Below are positions 11,000-22,099 of a stretch of 64,000 nt of DNA, piece by piece. The notes below the pieces were generated by a model, which ran no database searches, was not told where the DNA came from, and saw nothing but the letters and a program-made list of their open reading frames with translations. Numbering within the stretch: the first letter of the stretch is position 1; each line of letters starts with the position of its first letter. The translations under genes and the position numbers were made by a program. Origin of the DNA: Squalus acanthias (lineage: Eukaryota); NCBI GenBank assembly GCA_030390025.1, contig JASTWF010000322.1, positions 248,001 through 312,000 on the forward strand, written 5' to 3'.

Positions 11000-13900
11000 A
11001 GACATCACAGTTTGGGGGAAGTGGGTGGTTATTTGGCCATGTGAGGCGTCGCAGTTTGAGGGGAGTGGGACTATTTGGCCATGTGAGGCATCGCATTTTG
11101 AGGGAAGTGGGGGTATTTGGGGCTGCGTCTGTTTGGAAGACTGGATACTGGTCAATATCCCACCGACACTCGCTGTCCCAGACTCAGCTGTGATGCCCTC
11201 CCAAGTCAAATATCTCACGCTCCCAAAGCTTGACGGTGATGCCCTCCCGAATCAAATATGTCACTCTCCTGAAGCTCGCCAGTGACGCCTGGCTTGGAAA
11301 AATTATCCCCCCTCTCCTGAGGCTGGGATGCCTCACGTGGCCAAATACCCAAACTCTTCCGAAGCTGTGCTGCCTCACATGGCCAAATATTTCACTGTGC
11401 TGAAGCTGTGATGCCTCACATGGCCAAATATTTCACTCCCCTCAAACTGCGATGCCTCAAATGGCCAAATATTTCACACTCCCGAAGCTGCGATGCCTCA
11501 CATGGCCAAATATTTCACACTCCCGAAGCTGCGATGCCTCACATGTCCAAATATTTCACACTCCCGAAGCTGCGATGCCTCACATGGCCAAATAGCCCCA
11601 CTCCCCTCAAACTGCGATGCCTCACATGGCCAAATATTTCACACTCCCGAAGCTGCGATGCCTCACATGGCCAAATAGCCCCACTCCCCTCAAACTGCGA
11701 TGTCTCACATGGCCAAATATTTCATCCCCCTCAAACTGCGATGCCTCACAAGGCCAAATATTTCACTCCCCTCAAACTGCGATGCCTCAAATGGCCAAAT
11801 ATTTCACACTCCCGAAGCTGCGATGCCTCACATGGCCAAATATTTCACACTCCCGAAGCTGCGATGCCTCACATGTCCAAATATTTCACACTCCCGAAGC
11901 TGCGATGCCTCACATGGCCAAATAGCCCCACTCCCCTCAAACTGCGATGTCTCACATGGCCAAATATTTCATCCCCCTCAAACTGCGATGCCTCACATGG
12001 CTAAATATTTCACACTCCCGAAGCTGCGATGCCTCACATGGTCAAATAACCCCCACTCCCCTCAAACTGTGCTGCCTCATATAGCCAAATATCTCCCACT
12101 CACCTGAAGCGGGGATGCCTCACATGGCCAAATACCCCACTCTCCTGAACATGGATGCCTCACATGGAAAATATTTCACTCTGTTGTAGCTGTGTTGCCT
12201 CACATGGCCAAATACCCCCACTTCCCTCAAAATGCGATGCCTCACATGGCCAAATACCCCCACTTCCCTCAAAATGCGATGCCTCACATGGCCAAATAGT
12301 CCCACTCCCCTCAAACTGCGACGCCTCCCATGGCCAAATAACCCCACTTCCCTCAAAATGCGATGCCTCACATGGCCAAATAACCACCCACTTCCCCCAA
12401 ACTGATGTCTCACATGTCCAAATATTTCACTCTGCTGCACCTGCGATGCCTCACATGGCCAAATATCCCCACTCCCCTCAAACTGCAATGCCTCATATGG
12501 TTAAATAACCACCCACTCCCCTCAAACTGCGATGCCTCAAACATCCAAATATCCCACTACCCTCAAACTGCAAAGCCTCATGTTCGAATACCCCCACTCC
12601 CCTCAAACTGCGATGCTTCACATAATACACCCACTCCACTGAAATTGCGATGCCTCACATGTCCAAATATTTCACTCCCCTCAAAATTGCGATGTTTCAC
12701 ATGGCCAAATACCCCACACCGCCTAAAACTGCAATGCCTCACATGTCCAAATATTTCACTCCCTTCAAACTGCGATGCCTCACATGTCCAAATATTTCAC
12801 TCCCTTCAAACTGCGATGCCTCACATGGCCAAATAACCCACACTCCCCTCAAACTGTGATGCCTCACATGGTCAAATATCTCATTCCCCACAGCTGGAAT
12901 GCCTCACATGGCCCAATACCGCCACACAGCTCAAACTGCGATGCCTCATTTGTATAAATACCCCCACTCTCCTCAAACTGCGATGCCTCACATGTTCAAA
13001 TAACCACCCACTCCCCTCAAACCGCGATGCTTCACATGGCCAACGACCCCCAGTCTCCCTCAAACTGCGATGCCTCCCTTGGCCAAATATCTCCACTCCC
13101 CTCAAACTGCGATGCTTCACATGGCCAAATATTCCCACTCCCCTGAAACTGCGATGTCTCACATGTCCAAATATTTCACACTCCTCAAACTGCGATGCCT
13201 CACATGGCCAAATATATCACTCCCCTCAAACTGCGATGCCTCACATGGCCAAATATCCCCACTCACCTCGAACTACGATGCCTCACTTGTCCAAATATCT
13301 CCACTCCGCTCAAACTGTGATGCCTCACACGGCCAAATACACCCACTCTCTTGCAACTGCGATGCCCCACATGTCCAAATATTTCACTCTCCTCAAACTG
13401 TGATGCCTCACATAACCAAATACCCCCACTCACCTCAAACTACGATGCCTCACTTGTCCAAATATTTCACTCCCCTCAAACTGCGATGCCTCACATGGCC
13501 AAATACACCCACTCTCCTGCAACTGCGATGCCCCACATGTCCAAATATTTCACTCTCCTCAAACTGTGATGCCTCACATAACCAAATACCCCCACTCACC
13601 TCAAACTGCGATGCCTCACATGGCCAAATATTTTACTCCCCTACAGCTGGGATGCCTCACATGTCCAAATACCCCGACTGCCCTCAAACTGCGATGCCTC
13701 ACATGGCCAAATACCCTAAATTCCCTCAAACTACAATGCCTCCCATGTCCAAATATTTCACTGCCCTCAAACTGCAATGCCTCACATGTCCAAATGTTAC
13801 ACTCCCCCCAAACTGTGATGCCTCACATGGCCAAATACCCCCACACCCCTCAAACTGCAATGCCTCACTTGGCCAACTACCCTCAAACTGCGATGCCTCA

Positions 13901-15190
13901 TTTGGCCAACTACCCTCAAACTGCGATGCCCCACATGGGCAAATACCCGCAGTATCCCTCAAGCTGCGATGCCTCACATGTCCAAATATTTAATTCCCTC
14001 AAACTATGATGCCTCACATGGCCAAATAGTTCACTCCCCTCAAACTGCGATGCCTCACATGGCCAAATACCCCCACTCCCCTCAAACTGCGATGGCTCAC
14101 ATGGCCAAATAACCCCACTCCCCTCAAACTGCGATGCCTCACATGGCCAAATAGTTCACTCCCCTCAAACTGCGATGCCTCACATGGCCAAATACCCCCA
14201 CTCCCCTCAAACTGCGATGCCTCACATGGGCAAATAACCCCACTCCCCTCAAACTGCGATGCCTCACATGTCCAAATATTTCACTCACCTCAAACTGCGA
14301 TGCCTCACGTGTCCAAATATCCGCACTCACCTCAAACTGCGACGCCTCACATGGCCAAATATTTCCACTCCCCTCAAACTGCGATGCCTCACATGGCCAA
14401 ATATTTCCACTCCCCTCAAACTGCGATGCCTCACATGTCCAAATATTTCACTCCCCTCTAACTGCGATGTCACACATGGCCAAATATTTCACTCCCCTCA
14501 AGTGCGATGCCTCACATGGCCAAATATTTCCACTCCTCTCAAACTGCGATGCCTCACATGTCCAAATATTTCACACCCTTCAAACCACGATGCCTCACAT
14601 AGCTAAATACCCCCACTCTCCTCAATCTGCGATGCCTCACATGGCCAAATACACGCAATACCCTCAAACTGCGAAGCCTCACATAGCCAAATATTTCACT
14701 CCCTTCAAACTGCGATGGCTCACATGTCCAAATATTTCACTCCCCTCAAACTGCGATGGCTCACATGTCCAAATATTTCACTCCCCTCAAACTGCGATGG
14801 CTCACATGTCCAAATATTTCACTCCCCTCAAACTGCGATGGCTCACATGTCCAAATATTTCACTCCCCTCAAACTGCGATGGCTCACATGTCCAAATATT
14901 TCACTCCCCTCAAACTGCGATGGCTCACATGGCCAAATATTTCACTCCCCTCAAACTGCGATGCCACACATGCCCAATACCTACACTCCCCTGCAGCTGC
15001 GATACCTCACGTGTCCAAATATCTCACTCTCCTCAAAGTGCAATGGCTCACATGTCTAAATAGCCTCACTCCCCTCAAACTGCGATGCCTCACATGTCTA
15101 AATAGCCTCACTCCCCTCAAAGTGCAATGGCTCACATGTCTAAATAGCCTCACTCCCCTCAAACTGCGATGCCTCACATGGTCCAATAGC
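11000..15190. repeat. 41-42 bp minisatellite (about 100 copies) filling the presumed first intron of zinc-finger gene 1
   Basis: Unit CTCAAACTGCGATGCCTCACATGGCCAAATATTTCACTCCC. The first copies (about 11000-11125) are in the opposite orientation. Confidence 0.95.
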
Positions 15191-15319
15191 CCCCTCCCCC
15201 TGCCCACTCTCCCTGCCATGTCCTCACTCGGCCACTTGGAGGTGAGCGAGAGCCTCGCAATTCAAATCCTGTTTTTATGTCGGGTGGGGGCGAAATCTAA
15301 AAAAACACCAAAAGACTGC

Positions 15320-15705
15320 ATTTAAAGGCGCGGGGTCAGGAGGCGGCGCCGGCCACCGGCACTTCCGGCGCGGGGTCACCTCCCCTTTAAAACTAGGCCG
15401 CAGCCTGCTTCCCCGCCCTCCGGCGGCTAAATTGCACCGCGATTTCGCCCGCCACCGGCGGCGGGGGATCAAACGCCACCTTAGCGGCACTTACCAGCCG
15501 CTCCGGTCGGGCTTTCGAAGCGTTTAAATGGAAATAAAAAGCCAAACTCCAAAGGCCGCCTGCCGCTCGACGTCGACGGACGCCCCGACCCAACACTCCC
15601 CCGGCGCATGCGCGGCCGCCCCGCCGCTGCCCAGATAGGGCGGATTCAACCGCGCGGGGCAGGCTGGGTAAGGGCGGCCGCCATTGCCGCCCGCCCGCCT
15701 CCATT
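15320..15705 (-). promoter_or_regulatory. CpG-island promoter / non-coding first exon, probably of zinc-finger gene 1
   Basis: CpG-dense unique sequence with ETS CACTTCCGG (15360-15368), NRF1 GCGCATGCGC (15604-15613) and YY1-like GGCCGCCATT (15676-15685). There is a strong minus-strand donor CTG|GTAAGTG at 15495/15494. Confidence 0.65.
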
Positions 15706-15714
15706 CTAAGCACT

Positions 15715-18026
15715 ATTCACAGAGTTGTGAGTTCCAGACCCTCTGAGTGAGAAAAATGTTGACCTCAACTCCTCCCTAACCCTTCTACCAATGACTTTAC
15801 ATCTATGCCCCCCTGCTTATTGACCTCTCTGCTCAGGGAAATAGGCCAGGGGGATGGAGTATAAATGTAGGCAAGTCTTGCTGCAACTGTGAGACACACA
15901 CCTGGAGTACTGCGTCGCAGTTTTGGTCTCCTTATTTAAGGAGGGCTATACTTGCATTGGAGGCAGTTCAGCGAAGGTTCACTAGGTTGATTCCTCGAGA
16001 TGAGGGGGTTGTCTTATGAGGAAAGGTTGAGCAGGTTGGGCATATGTACATTGGAGTTTAGAAGAATGAGAGGTGATCTTACTGAAACATATAAGATTCT
16101 GAGGGGGCTCGACAAGGTAGATGCAGACAGGATGTTTCCCCTCACGGGGGTATCTACAACTAGGGGGGCACAGTTTCAGGATAAGGAGTCGCCCATTTAA
16201 AGCAGAAATGAGAAGGAATTTCTTCTCTCAGAGGGTCGTGAATCTTTGGAATTCTCTTCCCCAGAGAGCTGTGGAGGCTGGGTCAGTGAATAGATTTAAG
16301 GTGGAGATAGACAGATTTTTGAAATATAGGGGAGTCAAGGGTTATAGGGAGCGGTCAGAAAAGTGGAGTTGAGGCCAAGATCAGATCAGCCATGAAACAC
16401 TCCAGTCCTGGCAACATCCTGGTAAACCTCCTCTGCACCCACTCTAGTGCAATCACATCCTTCCTGTAATTTGGTGACCAGAACTACACGCAGTACTCAA
16501 GCTGTGGCCTAACTAGTGTTTTATACAGTTCAAGCATAACCTCCCTGCTCTTATATTCTATGCCTCGGCTAATAAAGGCAAGCATTCCGTATGCCTTCTT
16601 AACCACCTTATCTACCTGGCCTGCTACCTTCAGGGATCTGTGGACATGCACTCCAAGGTGCCTTTGTTCCTCTACACTTCTCAGTGTCCTACCATTTAAT
16701 GTGTATTCCCTTTCCTTGTTAGCCCTCCCCAAATTCTTTACCTCACACTTCCCCAGATTGAATTCCATTTGCCACTGTTCTGCCCACCTGACCAGCCCAT
16801 TGATATCTTCCTGCAGTCTACAGCTTCCTTCTTCATTATCAACCACACGGCCAATTTTTGTATCATCTGCAAACTTCTTAATCTTACCCCCTATATTCAA
16901 GTCCAGAATGGTTCCGGGGATGGGGGGATCTGAGCTACAAGGACAGGTTGGAGAAGCTGGATTTGTTTTCATTAGAGCAAAGGAGGTTGAGGAGTGATTT
17001 GATAGAGGTGTATAAGATTATGACGGGTTTGGATAGGCTAGACGGGGAAAGGCTGTTCCCACGAGTTGATGGTACAAGGACTAGGGGACACAGATTTAAG
17101 GTTTTGGGCAAGAGATACAGGGGGGATGTGAGGAAAAACTTTTTTACGCAGCGAGTGGTGAGGACCTGGAACTCGCTGCCGACGGAAGTGGTGGAAGCGG
17201 AGACACTCAATGTTTTCAAGGGGAGACTGGATAAGGCACTTGAGGGAAATAAACTTGCAGGGCTACGGGGATAGAGCGAGGGGGAATGGGACTGACTGGA
17301 TTGCTCTACAGGGAGCCGGCACGGACTCAATGGGCCGAATGGCCTCCTTCTGTGTCGTATGACTGACATTCAAGTCCAAATCATTGATATACTCCACAAA
17401 ACGCAGAGGACCCAGTACTGAGCCCTGCGGAACCCCACTGGAAACAGCCTTCCAGTCACAAAAACACCCTTCGCCCATTACCCTTTGTCTCCTGCCTCAG
17501 ACAATTTTGGATCCAACTTTCCCTTGGATCCCATGGGCTTTTACTTTCATGACCAGCCTGCCATGCGGGACCTTATCAAAAGCCTTGCTAAAATCCATGT
17601 AGATTACATCAAACGCACTGCCCTCATCGACCCTCCTTGTTGCTTCCTCAAAAAATGCAATCAAATTCACGGTGTCAGAGAATAAAACCCCAACCCCACC
17701 AACCCCTTCACAGCTGCCATCACCAAACAAATATTAGGTCCCCCACACCCAGCCACCTATCAGATATTAAAAAACAGCACAGGCAGCAGATGTGAAATAA
17801 AAATCATTCTTATTATTTTTAACATTTGCAGATGACACCAAATTGATGGGGGTGAGGATAGTCAACAGAGAGAGTAGACAAGGGTAATGCAGTAGATGTC
17901 ATTTATCTGGATTTTCAAAAGGCCTTCAATAAGGTACCCCATAATCGACTGATGAACAAGGTCAGAGAATGCGGAGTCAGGCGACAAGTAGCAGAATGGA
18001 TTGCTGGCTGGCTTCAGGACAGAAAG
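15715..18026. mobile_element. Mosaic of nested CR1 fragments in alternating orientation
   Basis: ORFs 16000..16372(+), 16484..16972(-), 16948..17274(+), 17263..17478(-) and 17497..17730(-) carry CR1 RT motifs ([28 protein letters not shown]). The + copy at about 16905-17365 interrupts the - copy. Confidence 0.85.
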
Positions 18027-18515
18027 CTCAACAACACTCAAGAAGCTCGACACCATCCAGGACAAAGCAGCCCGCTTGATCGGCACCCCATCCACCCCCT
18101 TAAACATTCACTCTCTCCACCACTGGCGTACCGTGGCTGCAGTGTGTACCATCTACAAGATGCACTGCAACAACTCGCCAAGGCTTCTTCGGCAGCACCT
18201 CCCAAACCCGCGACCTCTTCCACCTAGAAGGACGAGGGCAGCAGGCGCATGGGAACACCACCACCTCCAAGTTCCCCTCCAAGTCACACACCATCCTGAC
18301 TTGGAAATATATCGGCCGTTCCTTCATCGTCGCTGGGTCCAAATCCTGGAACTCCCTCCCTAACAGCACTGTGGGAGCACCTTCACCACACGGACTGCAG
18401 CGGTTCAAGAAGGCGGCTCACCACCACTTTCTCAAGGGCAACTAGGGATGGGCAATAAATGCTGGGCCTTGCCAGCGATGCCCACATCCCATAAACGAAT
18501 AAAAGAAATTAAAAA
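18027..18515 (+). mobile_element. CR1/L2-group second family, 3' fragment
   Basis: Near-identical to 1370-1850, including the terminal stem and A-rich tail. Confidence 0.85.
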
Positions 18516-20380
18516 ACAGCGAGTCTAGGTAAAGGGTAACTATTCACAGTGGCAGAAGGTGGGTAGTGGTGTTCCACAAGGATCAGTGCTGGGACCACTG
18601 CTGTTCAGAATTAACGATTTAGACTTTGGAATCAAAATCACAATTTCTAAATTTGCGGATGACACCAAATTGGGGGGGATAGTCAATACTGAGGAGGGCT
18701 GCAACAAATTACAGGAGGACATGAATAAACTTGCAGAATGGGCATATAATTGGCAAATGAAGTTCAACACAGATAAATGTGAGGTATTGTATTTTGGTAG
18801 GAAGAATAGGGAGGTCACTTATCACTTGGAGGGTGCGAGTCTAGGTGGGGTAGAGGAACAAAGGGATCACTGAGTACAAATACACAAATCACTAAAAGTT
18901 GCGACACAGGTTAGCGAGGCCATAAAAAAAAGCAAACCAAGCACTAGGGTTTATTTCTAGAGGGTTGGAATTGAAAAGTACGGAAGTTATGCTAAACCTG
19001 TATCGAACCTTGGTTAGACCACACTTGGAGCACTGTGCACAGTTCTGGTCTCCATATACCTTGGTTAGACCACACTTGGAGCACTGTGCACAGTTCTGGT
19101 CTCCATATACCTTGGTTAGACCACACTTGGAGCACTGTGTACAGTTCTGGTCTCCGTACACCTTGGTTAGACCACACTTGGAGCACTGTGCACAGTTCTG
19201 GTCTCCGTATACCTTGGTTAGACCACACTTGGAGCACTGTGCACAGTTCTGGTCTCCATATACCTTGGTTAGACCACACTTGGAGCACTGTGCACAGTTC
19301 TGGTCTCCATATACCTTGGTTAGACCGCACTTGGAGCACTGTGTACAGTTCTGGTCTCCATATACCTTGGTTAGACCACACTTGGAGCACTGTGCACAGT
19401 TCTGGTCTCCATATCCTTTGGTTAGACCACACTTGGAGCACTGTGCACAGTTCTGGTCTCCATATACCTTGGTTAGACCACACTTGGAGCACTGTGCACA
19501 GTTCTGGTCTCCGTATACCTTGGTTAGACCACACTTGGAGCACTGTGCACAGTTCTGGTCTCCATATACCTTGGTTAGACCACACTTGGAGCACTGTGCA
19601 CAGTTCTGGTCTCCATATACCTTGGTTAGACCACACTTGGAGCACTGTGCACAGTTCTGGTCTCCATATACCTTGGTTAGACCACACTTGGAGCACTGTG
19701 CACAGTTCTGGTCTCCGTATACCTTGGTTAGACCACACTTGGAGCACTGTGCACAGTTCTGGTCTCCATATACCTTGGTCAGACCACATTTGGAGCACTG
19801 TGCACAGTCCTGGTCTCCATATACCTTGGTTAGACCACACTTGGAGTACTGCGTATTATAAAATGGATATAGAGTCACTCGAGAGGGTGCAGAGAAGATT
19901 TACAAGGATGATACCAGAAATGCGAGTTTATACATAGCAGGAAAGGATGAACAGGCTGGGTCTCTTTTCTCTTGAAAAGAGAAAGCTGAGGGGTGACCTA
20001 ATAGAGGTCTTTAAAATGATGAAAGGTTTCGATAGAGTGGATACAGAGAGAATGTTTCCACTTTTGGGGGAGAGCAAAACTAGAGGCCATCAATATAAGA
20101 TAGTCACCAAGAAATCCAATCGGGAATTCAGGAGAAACTTCTTTCCCCAGAGAGTGGTGAGAATGTGGAACTCGCTACCACAGGGAGTGGTTGAAGCGAA
20201 TAGCGTGGATGCATTTAAGGAGAGGCTGGATAAACACATGAGGGAGAAGGGAATAGAGGGTTATGCTGTTAGAGTTAGATGAGGAAAGACAGGAGGAGGC
20301 TCGAGTGGAGCATAAACGCTGGTATGGACTGGATGGGCTGAATGGCCTCTTTCTGTGCTGTATATCCGATGTAATTTTTA
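18516..20380 (+). mobile_element. CR1 LINE RT/3' fragment with an internal 51-bp array
   Basis: [10 protein letters not shown] and [10 protein letters not shown] (18559..18873), C-terminal ORF 19947..20282, then the 3' UTR. Confidence 0.88.
19007..19853 (+). repeat. 51-bp tandem array (16 full units plus a partial) inside CR1 ORF2
   Basis: Unit ACCTTGGTTAGACCACACTTGGAGCACTGTGCACAGTTCTGGTCTCCATAT, which translates TLVRPHLEHCAQFWSPY. Confidence 0.97.
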
Positions 20381-20949
20381 TCCAATTGTTAACTCTCTCT
20401 CTCTCCACAGAGGCTGCCTGACCGGCAGAGTGTTTCCCAGCATTTTCTGTTTATATCTCTCTCTCTCTCTCTGTCTCTCTCTCTCTCTGTCTCTCTCTCT
20501 CTCTGTCTCTGTCTATGTCTCTTTTTATTTAAGGAGATGCTCAGTCAAAGAGGTCGGTTTCGAGCAGCGTCTTAAATAAGTGAGAAAGAGAGAGCGAGGC
20601 GGAGAGGTTTAGGCAGGGAATTCCAGAGCTCGGGGCCCAGGCAGCTGAAGGCACGGCCGCTAATCGAGAAGGATCATTCAATCAGATCCTATCTGACCTG
20701 CATCCGAACTCCATCGACCCGCCTTGGCTCCATAATCCCTTAATACCCCTGGCTGGCGAAATAAACCCATCCATCTCAGTGTTAAAATTATTAATCGAGC
20801 GAGCATCGAGTCTTTTTTGATGCAGATTGGCACAACATGAAAGGGACTCCCCGCTACACTGGGCTCGATGTCATTTCCGTTCCAACACTTAAGTTTTTCC
20901 AATGATTATAAGATAAGCTTTATAATGCAGATGTTAAAACAACTTTTCT

Positions 20950-21707
20950 CCGGCGCCTTTAACGTAGTAAAACGTCCCAGGGTGCTTCACAGGAGCGATT
21001 ATCAAACACAATCTGACCCCGAGCCACATGAGGAGATATTAGGACAGGCGACCAAAAGCTTGGTCAAAGAGGTCGGTTTTAAGGAGCGTCTTAAAGGAGG
21101 AGAGAGAGGCGGAGAGGTTTAGGGAGGGAATTCCAGAGCTCAGGGCCCCAGGCAGCTGAAGGCACGGCCGCCAATGGTGGAGCGATGGAAATCGGGGATG
21201 CTCAAGAGGCCAGAATTGGAGGAGCGCAGAGATCTCGGAGGGATGTAGGGCTGGAGGAGGTTACAGAGATAGGGAGGGGGCGAGGGCCATGGAGGGATTT
21301 GAACAGGAGGATGAGAATTGTTGGGCTGGAGGAGGTTACAGAGATAGGGAGGGGCGAGGGGCCATGGAGGGATTTGAACAGGAGGATGAGAATTGTTGGG
21401 CTGGAGGAGGTTACAGAGATAGGGAGGGGGCGAGGGGCCATGGAGGGATTTGAACAGGAGGATGAGAATTGTAGGGGCTGGAGGAGGTTACAGAGATAGG
21501 GAGGGGGCGAGGGCCATGGAGGGATTTGAACAGGAGGATGAGAATTGTAGGGGCTGGAGGAGGTTACAGAGATAGGGAGGGGGTGAGGGGCCATGGAGGG
21601 ATTTGAACAGGAGGATGAGAATTGTAGGGGCTGGAGGAGGTTACAGAGATAGGGAGGGGGTGAGGGGCCATGGAGGGATTTGAACAGGAGGATGAGAATT
21701 TTAAAAT
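20950..21707 (-). mobile_element. L2 LINE 3' end with a 75-77 bp tandem array (21250-21700)
   Basis: Reverse complement of 23930-24375; about 6 units of GGAGGAGGTTACAGAGATAGGGAGGGGGCGAGGGCCATGGAGGGATTTGAACAGGAGGATGAGAATTGTAGGGCT. Confidence 0.85.
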
Positions 21708-22095
21708 TGAGAAGACTGAGGGGAGACCTGATCGAGGTCTTTAAGATTATGAAGGGGTTTGATAGGGTAGACGTAGAGAAGATGTTTCCACTTGTGGGGG
21801 AGACCAGAACTAGGGGCCATCAATATAAGATAGTCACTAATAAATCCAACCGGGAATTCAGGAGAAACTTCTTTACCCAGAGAGTGGGGAGAATGTGGAA
21901 CTCGCTCCCACAGGGAGTGGTTGAGGCGAATAGCGTCGATGCATTTAAGGGGAAGCTGGTTAAACACATGAGGGAGAAAGGAATGGAAGGATATGGTGAT
22001 GGGGTGAGATGAAGAGGGGTGGGAGGAGGCTGGTGTGTAGCAGACACACCGGCACGGACCAGCTGGGCCAAATGGCCTGTTTCTGGGCTGTGGAT
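21708..22095 (+). mobile_element. CR1 3' fragment
   Basis: ORF 21680..22012 RRLRGDLIEVFKIMKG...WNSLPQ, then the 3' UTR. Confidence 0.85.
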
Positions 22096-22099
22096 TAAA

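Noticed and set aside
11000..15190. CRISPR-like array or repetitive protein gene
   Set aside because: Units are contiguous with no unique spacers, there are no cas genes, the context is vertebrate, and the ORFs shift frame with unit length. The same holds for the 88-bp and 42-bp arrays.
18892..19937. Cys-rich repeat protein (CAQCSKCGLTKVYGDQN)n and overlapping ORFs
   Set aside because: Alternative frames of the 51-bp CR1-derived array.
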